Source: Trichoplax sp. H2 (taxonomy: Eukaryota). Taken from it: DNA of 64,000 nucleotides. Positions 1 to 16,502 of the stretch are shown here, piece by piece. The first letter of the stretch is position 1. Each line of letters begins with the position of its first letter. Position numbers and translations under genes: made by a program. The stretch is from NCBI GenBank assembly GCA_003344405.1, contig NOWV01000026.1, forward strand, positions 496,001 to 560,000. Reading direction: 5' to 3'. The notes beneath the pieces are model-generated. The model worked only from the letters and a program-made list of their open reading frames with translations. It searched no databases and was not told where the DNA came from.

Positions 1-591
1 GCTTTATGATTAAAAAATAACCAAGGACTGACTACGAATCTTTTTGATACGATGATATTCAGTTAATTTACTCAACGTTAATTTGTGCGTAATTAAACGC
101 TATGACTACGAGTACGTTTTACTACGTGCGCGTTGATTGTACTATTGTATAATGGAAGTCACTGCCGCTTGAAAGTATTCGCCAGTTGCAGGCACGATTT
201 GTCTTGATATTTCGCCCGAACCAACACTTTTCATCGTCTTATCAATATCTTTTAGTGTACACTTTGTTAGTGTACGATATAGGTTGCAATAGTGAAACAA
301 CCAATTCATAACTTTTAAATTACGCTATACTGAATTTCAATGCTTATATAGTATTTTATTCTTGTCCAAGAAAGTATCAGTAAATTAATGTAACTGTACT
401 ACTGATTATTGATACGAAATAGTTAGCAAGAAGATCACTTTTATGCTTTTTTTGTGAAACTGCTATTTAAATGATTTTTAGTACGTAACATATTACGGTG
501 AACTATTGATACAGACAGGTCAAGAAAGATAGTAGATGAGATTTTATTGACTAAGTTGTTAATTCAGCATACGTTTATTGATTTGACGTAG

Positions 592-1685
592 GACCATTGT
601 CGGAATTGCTGGAGATAACTTTGCTATTCTAGCAGGTGATACGCGTCTCAGCGAAGGCTTTATGATCCATAGCAGAGATACCTCCAAGATTTATAAACTG
701 TAAGTATAGATAGTATAATATATTGTGTCGAAGAGAGACGCTCGACTGCAGCTAACGGTCTTATCTGGCTATTCTACTGTGATTATGCTTCACCTGTTCT
801 ACGTTGAATGTTATATTAGGACGGAGAAAACATTCTTGGGAACGTGTGGCTTCCAAGGAGATGTCTTGACATTAACCAGATTATTAAATGCTCGTCTAAC
901 TGTAAGCATTAATGAGTACTTTCATCTCGGATACAGTATTAAGATATATGTAAAATCTTCGTTAATAAGCCATTGCATTGTTGAAATAAGAAGATATGTA
1001 TAAGTATTAACAATTAATTACTAACTCTATGTAATGGTCCTGCTAGATGTACGAATTTGAACATCGCAAGAAGATGAGGTAACCTGATTGATTGCTATTA
1101 GATGTTTAGTGATTGGTTTAGTATTTATTGCAATTGCTGAAGGCAATGCTTCTACTAACCCACACATGCATTTATACGATTTTAGTTCAACAGCAATTTC
1201 CCAAATGTTATCCACGGTTCTATATTATCGTCGTTTCTTCCCGTATTACACATTTAACATTTTAGCTGGAATCGATACCGATGGCAAAGGTTGCATATAT
1301 AGTTATGATGCAGTTGGAAACTATGAGAAACATACGTATCATGCTTCAGGCACTGCATCTTCAATGTTACAGCCTCTATTGGATAATCAGGTAACCTTAA
1401 TAGTTTTTTTACTAAAGTAGATAGCAAAATTTCTAGCCTTCCTAGCTCCCTTGAGTTAATTACGAGTCGCCATCGCTATGCTGTATTATATCTTAACAGG
1501 TAGGATATTTGAATCAGGAAGGTGTCAGACGTGTTCCACTGACTATAGATAAAGCCAGAACGCTTATTAAAGACGTATTTATCTCTGCAACTGAACGAGA
1601 CATGTACACAGGTGATAGCTTGCATATTGTCACTATAACATCTGATGGAGTCACAGAAGATCATTTTCCTTTACGACGCGACTAA
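592..1685 (+). CDS. PSMB1: Proteasome subunit beta type-1, 5'-partial (first coding exon not found in window)
   Basis: GT-AG exons at about 592-699, 820-901, 1047-1078, 1185-1390 and 1500-1685. They translate to [23 protein letters not shown]..., [29 protein letters not shown] and [15 protein letters not shown]...FPLRRD*, all typical of PSMB1/Pre7. Confidence 0.95.
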
Positions 1686-2586
1686 TCTCTAATGTTTAAA
1701 GTAGGCTTAACGTCTTTGATTTGTTTGTAATGTGTAATGTCAAAGGTTATGCAATACGGTATCCTACTTTTAGTCTTTAATAATAATCTTTTCGTACTTC
1801 TTTCGATGAGTCACTATTGTATGCTTATGCTTTCTATGGTATTAAAAAAGGATAGGAAAGATTTGTAACATTTATTATAAGTATTTAAATACTGTGAATT
1901 AATGTGATTCGAAATGTATCAAAGTGGTTGCTTTATTTCCTCCGTTCTTTTATAAAACTATATGCCTTGAAGTTCATTTGTACTTTCTCATAATGAACAG
2001 CTACTGTTAATCAATAATGACTATTGTAGTACATTAACTTAAAGAATTACTTATACGTAAGTACAAAATGAAGAGAAAGCTAAAAATAAAAGCATATCTG
2101 GTATCTACCAGCATTAAATAACCTTTATTTGATAATTAGTATTTGTAATATTTCGATATAAAATTAAGATGATGTGAAGAACAAAGCAGCCCTTTATTCC
2201 TGAATCATTTACAATTGGCGTGTCATTTGAAAATTCTATATATTGCAGATGTTAGAACGTGACAAATCTTGTCTGTAGTAAAACAATTTCTTCATCTGAG
2301 ATGAAAGATTAGAACCATAGGAAGATCGACCTGGAATGGCTTCGACATCAGTTTGGCAAATTTTGGGCGTAAGCATACAAGAGAAATTACGTTCATTATT
2401 TTTGTTATCATGGAGACTTGAACGCATTTAACAGCGCGAAAAATAGATCATGAGCGTAGGGAAATGCTACTTTACTTAGATTGCGCGAGACCGTCAGTAC
2501 AGTATCGTATCAACAACAGATATAAAGAGAGACTCCACTTATCTTTCTCATTTGATTCCAATGTACGATATTCTACATTACCCTCA

Positions 2587-3474
2587 TCACACCATCAACT
2601 TATCTTTTGCTTTTTGATGCCAAATTGATGTACGCTTAAGTGTAGGATTGTAATTGAATCTATTTGAGCCTAAGATGGTCTTGTTTCTTACATTAATCCA
2701 AAGGTTTATATCATAATTACTTAACGATGATACATATTCTAAAGTAAACATGTAATATGTAAGTAAAGCTAAAAAGATAATAATACTAGATAGAATTCTC
2801 AGGGCTAGTATATAAGCTTCCTTCATAACGAGGGCAACATTACTCCGATTCCAATAATTTTTGCATGTTAAGCGGGAGCATATATTACTTATTATGATAT
2901 TGCGCACACCACTCGAAGCCTTCGAACTTTTAGGGGTACATTGCTCTGCGATTTGTAGGCATTGATCTCGCAGTTCTACCATTTGTGTTGACCTGCAGAG
3001 GGCAGTTTTCCACCATAGATCGTTGCCTTTAGCCAATGTTGTGTCCTGAACATGTGCCAAATCACATCCTAGAATATCACAATAATTAGCCAAACACGTG
3101 GCGTTCATAACAGTACCAAGAAGGGCAGAGTGACGATTATCCAAGTGCTGATCCAAAAACCGCTCCCTATAAAACCACTTACCACAATAGCTACATGTCC
3201 AACTAGACTGATAGGCATTGTCTTTTAGCTCTTCTTGTTTACGAAATAAATCTCTCTCAGGATGAAATGGGCAATCGAATGAAAGTTGCACTTGCATCGA
3301 TTGAATTAGGTCATACAATGACCTCTTCAGTATATTACGGGCGTACCTTGAATTGATACGTGAACATGACTTGTCAGAACCAATAGGTTGTGGAAATACT
3401 AAATTGCTTTGCAACCAAATTAGTAATATAAGCAACATATTTTCTTTATTACATTGCAGATTTAGTACGTGCAT
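2587..3474 (-). CDS. Intronless Cys-rich protein with putative signal peptide, one C2H2-type finger and a C-terminal TM helix
   Basis: 295-aa ORF with hydrophobic N-terminus (MLLILLIWLQS), finger CSYCGKWFYRERFLDQHLDNRH, many further Cys, and TM segment YILALRILSSIIIFLALLTYYMF. The true start may be the second Met. Confidence 0.85.
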   Translation of the reverse strand: MHVLNLQCNKENMLLILLIWLQSNLVFPQPIGSDKSCSRINSRYARNILKRSLYDLIQSMQVQLSFDCPFHPERDLFRKQEELKDNAYQSSWTCSYCGKWFYRERFLDQHLDNRHSALLGTVMNATCLANYCDILGCDLAHVQDTTLAKGNDLWWKTALCRSTQMVELRDQCLQIAEQCTPKSSKASSGVRNIIISNICSRLTCKNYWNRSNVALVMKEAYILALRILSSIIIFLALLTYYMFTLEYVSSLSNYDINLWINVRNKTILGSNRFNYNPTLKRTSIWHQKAKDKLMV

Positions 3475-3884
3475 TACTTATCCAGTTCCATCGGTACACC
3501 AGACATAGGAAAATATAATACAAAGTTTCCAGGCACTGCTAGGCGATGTATGGGCTTTCAAAACATTTAGCATTGATGTAATGTACACTGTACAGTGATT
3601 GCCACTTTATACTTCGTAGCAAGATTTGGCAGAATAGTATACCAGAAATAAATAAAAATTGCGCTTTAAATCAATGATTATATTGGGAACATATGAATAT
3701 TATTATGCATCATCGTACAGAGCTATTTGTACTGTACTATTCAAAGTTTTGATTAAAACAAGGACAGCAAAATCAATTGTACACAGCCGATAATGCAATA
3801 ATAGTGATGTGATTATGTATATACCGGTAGATATATGCGATCTAAATTGCACTGGAAGATCAAAATTAGATGTTTATGTGTTAA

Positions 3885-4290
3885 CTGTACTGTACTCATC
3901 TTGCGTTTCTAACTTGGACTACAGTACAATGACGATTAGTGTGCAGTACAGTACAGTACTGTACAGTACAGTATTACAGTACAGTACAGTTTGTAGCTTG
4001 GAGAAGGGAAAGACTGTAAGCAACGCTAGCTGTACTGTAGTACAGTCTCCGTCCCTCCGTAACACCGTCACGACCATCATTTGGTGTGCTGTACTTTACT
4101 GTACACTGTACTGTACAGGACAGTACAGTACATGATGCTGGTGTCAGTGTGAGTGTGCAGTTTGCAGTAGTGTGCTGTACTGTCCTGTACTGTACAGTAC
4201 TGTATGTAACACATGGCAGTTTCGTCAATCAGAGTACAGTGTACTGTAGTACTACAGTATACGGTATTGTACTGTACACTGTACACGATA
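3885..4290. repeat. Degenerate TACAG/CTGTA pentamer array in the C2H2-gene/LSM2 divergent intergenic region
   Basis: Dense runs such as gtacagtacagtactgtacagtacagtattacagtacagtacagt. Confidence 0.9.
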
Positions 4291-4378
4291 TGTTCGCTCT
4301 TAGCTTTCAACAGTTATCTTCTTCCTACGGACTGCGCCTAATTTTGATCTGCAGTTCTGGATAACCTGCTCATTTGTC

Positions 4379-6018
4379 ATGGTAAGTTCGGTACACCATT
4401 TTAGAGATAATAATTAAGCCCTACAAAATTAGTAAATTTATATAACTGTAAATTTGTTACTACTATGAATTTTATTTGATTCTTTTGTCGTATGCTGTAT
4501 AGCTGTTTTTCTCTTTCTTTAAATCACTGGTTGGCAAGGAAGTCATAGTAGAGCTTAAAAATGACCTCAGGTACTATAAATTACATCACGGTATTGATGA
4601 TGCATTTGAAACCACTTTGATATATTGTGTTGAGAACTATATTAGTCCTATTACAATGAGTCACTATTAATGCAATGTTTAAAAGTCCAATTTTTCTTTC
4701 ATTGCTGATGTACATGCAGTATTTTGTCTGGCTATGCTAATTCTTCATTATTATTTCTTTCTTTCTTAATCAGCGTGTGTGGAATCTTACATTCTGTCGA
4801 TCAGGTAATCACTGCAGAACTAATTTTTGCAATGGTCATACATCGTATCACTGATAAAATAATGCACTACGTATATGTTTCATCCCATGTTTGATTCTAT
4901 ATATTTATTATCAGTTCTTTCGCACTATTTAAATGATTTAACAACTAATTTATTACCATTTGTCATACTGTATTACCCCTTAACCGGTTGAACAAATCTC
5001 TACGATGCTTACCGCAACCGATACAGTTCTATTGTACTATAATACCGTTCTTGACTTTGAAAATATAAGTGATGCAAAAATTCCAATACTGTAAATGGCC
5101 CACGTTTATTAGAACTGTAATATTGGTTTGTATCTTGGGAAATATTCTATCATTACATATAGCATTTAATATACAGTACTGTTGGATAGATCTATTAATA
5201 TGTAAAGAATATTCTTGCCATTTTCCGTTTAGATTGGACTACCGTATTTAACATTGTAGATCATGCTAGTGATGCTTCTACTGCAGATATAGAATATACT
5301 GTATATATATAAATTTCAAGAGTTTGAGAGCTAAAACTTGTTTAGTACTAATATTAATACTTATAGAAACCATTCATACAGATATCACTAACCAAAATAT
5401 GAGCTCTATAGTTTATATTTATTGGACATTACTGTTTGGAACTATTAGCGCGTAATTTAATGCAAGTGTAAATTTGGGCTACAATAAATACATGATTTCA
5501 AGGCCAATTATAATTATCTGTAATAGTACGTATCATGTCGTAAATTACTTGCATAAATAGCCTATTTCCCTGATTTTATTGTGGCTGCTTGTGTGATGTA
5601 ATGATTGTAGGTAAGAAATAATTTAAAGTCCTTTTAATCTTCGTTTATTATGTGACAGTATTTGAACATCAAGCTCGTAGATATTTCTGTGCCCGATACC
5701 GAAAAGTACCCACATATGGTAAATGCTCCGGAAAATTTTCCATAATTGTATAAAAATATATACAATATTCACTCTCTGATAACTTTTACTGCTTGTATAC
5801 TAAGTAACTATTGCTGCGATGATGTAACGGTACTCGTATCTTAATTATTAAAATTACAGATATCTGTCAAGAACTGTTTTATAAGAGGTTCTGTTGTTCG
5901 CTACGTACACCTCCCTGCCGAAGAAATTGATGTACAACTCCTGCAAGATGCTACTAGAAAGGAAGTTGCACAGCTGAAATCCCAGCAGACAGCTCAAGTA
6001 GCTGCGCCTAGTAAATAG
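4379..6018 (+). CDS. LSM2: U6 snRNA-associated Sm-like protein LSm2
   Basis: Exons: ATG only 4379-4381, then 4503-4570, 4774-4804, 5659-5718 and 5860-6018. Translation: MLFFSFFKSLVGKEVIVELKNDLSVCGILHSVDQYLNIKLVDISVPDTEKYPHMISVKNCFIRGSVVRYVHLP... Confidence 0.96.
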
Positions 6019-6423
6019 ACATACGTGCACCTGACGAACTTGGTCGTTGATACGATTTAGTACTTTTCATCATTAATGTATGTATCATTTTTCTGTTTGA
6101 GAATCCCAATTGTATTTGTATCTTTATTTGCAAGACATTGTGACACTGCTTTTTCCCGTTATTAATAAAACGTAACTTTTATTGAGATACATGTCTGTTC
6201 CATGGTTTCTGTAACTGTCCTTCACTTGTGGATGTACAGCGTAACTACATTCACTAATGCTGCTATTTTAAATTATAAATACTGTGTTGACTTAATGACA
6301 TTTTCATCTTTGGGATAAAATTATTCAGATATACTGTACTGTATTACGTAGACTGTAATAACCACATGTGCAGAGGCACGCCTTTGAAAACCTATCGTCA
6401 GGATAAATCGCATAAAGCTATAT

Positions 6424-9400
6424 TTATAATGGCTTCCCTTTATCTTTGCCTCGTAGTTTTACTCCTACGTAACATTAAAGGAAGAATACAGTAGATTAGT
6501 ACCTTCATACAGAGTATAACGCGCTAGGGATATTTAATAATATCGAATGATTACAAATTTTACCTAAAGCGCGCTCCATCTTTCCTAATAGCTGATTATT
6601 AGGGATTGCTTTACCGGTTTCATACTCGGTAATAATGCTTGGCTTTTCATTGATTTTCTGAAATAGAATTTATCAAAAAAAGATGTTTACATTTCGTGTC
6701 ATCGTATGTTTGTAAAATTCTTTGATAGCGTAGAATTGTTTAAAAAATGTCCGGACTTCAATATTGGACTAATGGATGTACTATAACCCCGAAAACAGCA
6801 TGATTTTAAAAACTAGCTGAAAGCTTCTACCTGGGCAAGATCTTTTTGAGTCATTTTCTTGTCTAGCCGAATTCTTTGTATCAGTTTGGAAAGATCAAGT
6901 TCTACCTTTTCATCTACATAAAAAATAATTGCGTCAATTAGCAATAACTTATCATATATCATTAATGCAATTTGAGTAATCAATGGTAGTTGATCATTGT
7001 TCTATCAAATTTTATAATACGTTTTATTACAGCAACGGATACTCTAAACTAAATCATAAGTCAACATGACACAATAAAATTCTTTTCCGTTTTTCTGAGT
7101 AATAGTTACGTAAGACTTTTTCAACTTACGATGCAATTCTTCCGTCTCTCTATCTAGTTTTGCAGTATCCTTTGTAGTTGATCGCTGTTTGTTACTTCCT
7201 GCAGCAACTAAATGCGTCCATAAAGTCACATCACTTATCGAAATCATTACGTGAGTTTAGGTTATTAAATGATATTGCAGTAACTACTGAGAGCGACAGG
7301 AAGGGATCACTTTCATTTATAAATATATAGCGCGATAAGAGAAAGTTCGATAATCAGATAAATCGTGTAATTTAGTTATTCACATGCGGACTACCACTGT
7401 ACAGTACAATAAAGAACAGTATCTTTTATCCTTTAATCTAAAATTAAACCCATAGAGCCGACTGCTGATATAATCCTGATACATTGTGGGCAGCCCACAA
7501 TATCAGGATTATATTAACAGTATAGAAATGCAGAGAAACAAAAGAATAAGACCTTAGCCTACTTATGATTTACGAAAGAGCCTATCTTTAAAGTAGTCAC
7601 TGTTAAATAACAGTTAGCTACGACAACTTTTACATCCTGATGTAAGCGTATTTTATAAGCTATAAACTGCATTCATACAATTATTTGACACTATTAGTAT
7701 GAAAGACTACCCTGTAAAAGCTAATCAGCTCCATTACACCATTTAATCTCTAGGCAACGCCCAAAGTCCAACATAATTCTATGACGAAGCATTGCTACGG
7801 TGTTTGCTCGTAATAGTATGTGTACGAGCAGAAGCTTATTTACACATGAATAAACTACGTTGATAATAAGATGCGAACTAAACGCGTATAGTTAATAACT
7901 TGAACGTGGGGAGTTTAATTTAAATTACTTAAGGATCGTGCGACATTTATTTTTCGTACATTTTTTGTTTGTTTCCACATCACCACCCTTTCTTTGAGCC
8001 TCTGTGACAGCCTAAAACAGATGAGGTTGATAGAAACAGGAACAACAATTAACCACTATTTAATAAAGAAAGGGTTACATTAAATATTTTAAGATACTCA
8101 CAAACCAGATATGCAAGTGCAGAAAAGTCATATCGTTGCAGAGCGGTATTATTGAAATTTTTATATGACATTCGTGCTAATATATTATGATCTTAGGTCG
8201 AATACATTCATTAACGACTAGTCGACCTCGCACATACATCGGGCTGTACAATGCCAAAATGAAAATTTTTCTTATATATGTATACTGTATAGTACTGAAA
8301 ATCTAATTAATTAAGAATCACTATTAATGACGGTCGATCAGTAATTAATTAACCTTGCCGTAATGGATGATCTATTCGTACTATAGTAGTGCGAGCTAAT
8401 CCGTTGATCTGTGTCTTCATTACAAATATACAATAGAGGTACTTTCTAAAATTATACACTACATGGCATACAGTTCAGAATTGGCATCAAAAGTCATAAG
8501 ACATATTATACATGTCTAGTACATTGTTAGGTATTTTAGAGTTGAAGTTCAAGGTATCAACGGTATAAATGGGAAAATCACTTCATAACCAGTTGGCAAT
8601 TTATCCGATTTTCTAATATGTTATAACTTCAAAAGTTTTAGTCCTGTTAATTGTACTACAAGTTCAATGAGATGATATCGCACCAGTAAAATTCAATTTT
8701 AGTTTACTGCTTACACTACTGTACAGTACAGTACTGCATCCAAGAACGTATTTTCATAAATGATCGTATATACAACGTAGTTTTTTTCAGCATTTGTGAT
8801 CGCAAGTGCCGTTCAGTTATTCATGTTAATCCAGTTATTACAATACTATGAATATACAAATCATACGTATAGTATGTTCGCAACGATATACCATCTCCTT
8901 TGCTGTACATTTTAAAATCACAAGCTACTGCGATATATTGTTACGATTTCAAGATTTTTAAAACGGAAGATGAAGCAGACAGATTCTACCTATTATATTA
9001 TCAGTGAGCTAGCGGTTAATTAATCAAGATTTATGACGGAACATCTATTAAAGTTGAACGTATAGGACAAATTTGAATTTGATTTAATGTATTTTTCTAT
9101 TGCATATGGGATTGATCATTATTGCCGTAACTGGTAGATAGCACGAAGTAGCCTCAAGCTGAACCTCTTTGTCAGGAGGCGAAGGAGTGCTTCGTTGCTC
9201 GTGCGATATACACGTACTGTACTGTACTGTACGTACAGTATACGACTATAGCAGACAGTACGGTACAAAGTGACTGTACGACAGAAGTTCAACGTCAATA
9301 ATTCCGCAAAGCTGATTCAGCGTACTTATAAAATCGACTCCTATACATAACACACCAGACCCTTGATTCACTTTAGCCCTTCAATCCTACCTTTTTGGTC

Positions 9401-9465
9401 TTTAGCTCCGATTTTTTGGGGGTCTTTTTACGTAAATAAGTGACTGATTCCCAGTCTTCCGACAT
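6424..9465 (-). CDS. EDF1: Endothelial differentiation-related factor 1 / multiprotein bridging factor 1
   Basis: Exons at about 9391-9465, 7960-8011, 7130-7207, 6831-6913, 6564-6657 and 6424-6464. Translation: [14 protein letters not shown]...[13 protein letters not shown]...[46 protein letters not shown]. Confidence 0.95.
7461..7521. repeat. Near-perfect inverted repeat (about 29-bp arms) in EDF1 intron 2
   Basis: Arms actgctgatataatcctgat(ac)attgtgggc and gcccacaatatcaggattatattaacagt pair with two mismatches and a 2-nt bulge. Confidence 0.9.
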
Positions 9466-9509
9466 TTTGTTCACTTGACAGTTGTAAATCGTTTCTTTTC
9501 CGACAGAGC

Positions 9510-9930
9510 CGTACTGTAAATACTGTACAGTATGTACTGTAGTGAGAGTACAAGTACAGTACAGTACTGTACAGTAAAGTACTCAACAAAAATCTGTACT
9601 GTACAGTACAGTATCAACGACCTTTATACGGTGGCCCAAAAGGGACAACTTTACTGAGCAGAATCACTATGTCAACGACTTTTGTACTGAGCAGAATCAC
9701 TGTATCAACGACTTTTATACTGTACAATCCCTCACAAATCCCTGACTATACTGTACTGTACAGTACAGTACAGTACAGTTACAGTACAGTATCCAACTTC
9801 TCCGAAGCTTGCTGTAGTCACTCTTGTCTGAGTGCATATGGTGAGGTGTTACTGTACTTGTACAGTACAGTACAGTACTGTACAGTACGTACTGCAGTCT
9901 GCACGTATTGTACTGTACAGTACTGTACAC
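9510..9930. repeat. TACAG/CTGTA array in the EDF1/ATG5 bidirectional promoter region
   Basis: For example ctgtactgtacagtacagtacagtacagttacagtacagt at about 9751-9790. A further cluster lies at 9214-9280. Confidence 0.9.
9652..9717. repeat. 33-bp tandem duplication
   Basis: tactgagcagaatcactatgtcaacgacttttg followed by tactgagcagaatcactgtatcaacgactttta. A partial third copy lies at 9611-9629. Confidence 0.9.
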
Positions 9931-10003
9931 TCAGTGTACAGTTCCAAGTTTTACCAAGTATCTGGCTCTTCTTGGAGCTCTTGCCAATCATTTCATAATA
10001 TCA

Positions 10004-12832
<2,829 letters not shown>

Positions 12833-13664
12833 ATTGTACCATAGAAAGTTATGCCTATAAATGATGTAAAATGTTATATTATGCTTCCATTATCGAAATT
12901 ACTTTTAATAGATCTCTAAATATTTTTTATATACTTAGTAGGGTCGTTGATAATTTTAGTAAAGATAAAGTTACTGCTTTTTTAATTGGCAATACCCTAG
13001 CGCATGTGAATTGAAACTTTGATTATGCAGTACTAAATATTCGCATGTTATACGTGCCTTGCATTCCTTTAGCATACATATATATTCATAAGCAGCAATT
13101 TCTTTTTTAAATGTAGAAGTTTAGATAAGTTACAAATTAGTTGTGAAGTACTGTATTATACCCGTTGCTGTGTAGCATTTAAACGAATGATATTGTTGTT
13201 TTCATATACAATGCAATAATAATATTTAACTTGCTTTGGATATGCCGAGTAATTAATTGCTCGTAACGTAGTATACGTTTATTAAAGGTGCTATACGCGT
13301 ATTCGGACTGTATTACATCTTACGTTGATGCTCGATTGCCATGATCAGCACAGCGTAGATTACTACTGTACACTGGACTGTATGACAGAAATGTCGAGAA
13401 ATTGCTACTGCAATAAAACTGTTAGACGCATTCTTTACTTGCCTTGTTATAAGATATACATGAATGATATATATACGAGTATATATACACGTGCTGCATA
13501 TCTATGCATGCATACGTTTACCACGTCGATGTTTCGTAAAAATGAAGTGGTATAGAAAAACTCGTTTCATTATATAAAAATTTAATGGTAAATATAAAAG
13601 ACATGATATGTAATAGTCAGTTTTAAAACATAAGTACTTGAACTTTAGGAAATGAACCTTGTAA

Positions 13665-15939
<2,275 letters not shown>

Positions 15940-16502
15940 GTTGGCTGAATATCCGTGTATTAATTACGCTTATACTGTATAATTAGAATTACAGTACTGA
16001 ATATACTGTATGTTATTGAAATATATAGTATATAATATACAAGTACAGTATATAGTATATATAAATTAATGTAATGTAGGAAATAATAGATTACTGTATA
16101 AATTGATTCTTGCGTTGATTATATACTTGCAGTCGTCTAAACTAAGAAGCGAAATAGTTATTATAATTAACGAATCGATTTACTGTACCCAGCTCTTTAA
16201 ACAGCCATGAGTAGTAATAGTGAGTAGTAGTAGTGTACAGTACTGTGGGTGAAGTTCTGGTTAATTCACTATTTGTAAACCTGCATCAAAGACCATGGAC
16301 CGACCGCTGGATGCTACTGCGGTACTGAACACTAAGTGACAGTCTCCAGTACAGACGGACTACGGTTGCGTCATTTTAACAGGATTTATTACACAGGTTT
16401 ATTTACGAATCCAGTCTGCAAACTAAAGCTGAATTGGCGAAGTGGCGATTCCATCGTGGAGAATTTACCACTTTCAGGCCTTAATTTTTGTTAATATCCC
16501 AA

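Noticed and set aside
3809..4364. Overlapping ORFs rich in YSTVQ/CTVL (also at 9669-10020, 39246-39431 and 48334-49591)
   Set aside because: They are translations of the TACAG/CTGTA arrays, which are poor in stop codons. They are open on both strands and show no protein-family features.
9140..9195. Resemblance to a TPP riboswitch (GAACCT...GCGAAGGAGTGC) and, on -, to U6atac fragments
   Set aside because: It lacks the CUGAGA pyrimidine-sensing motif and the J4/5 GA of TPP, and lacks the AAGGAGAG box of U6atac.
9611..9717. CRISPR-like repeat
   Set aside because: The copies are directly adjacent with no unique spacers, no cas genes are present, and the context is eukaryotic.
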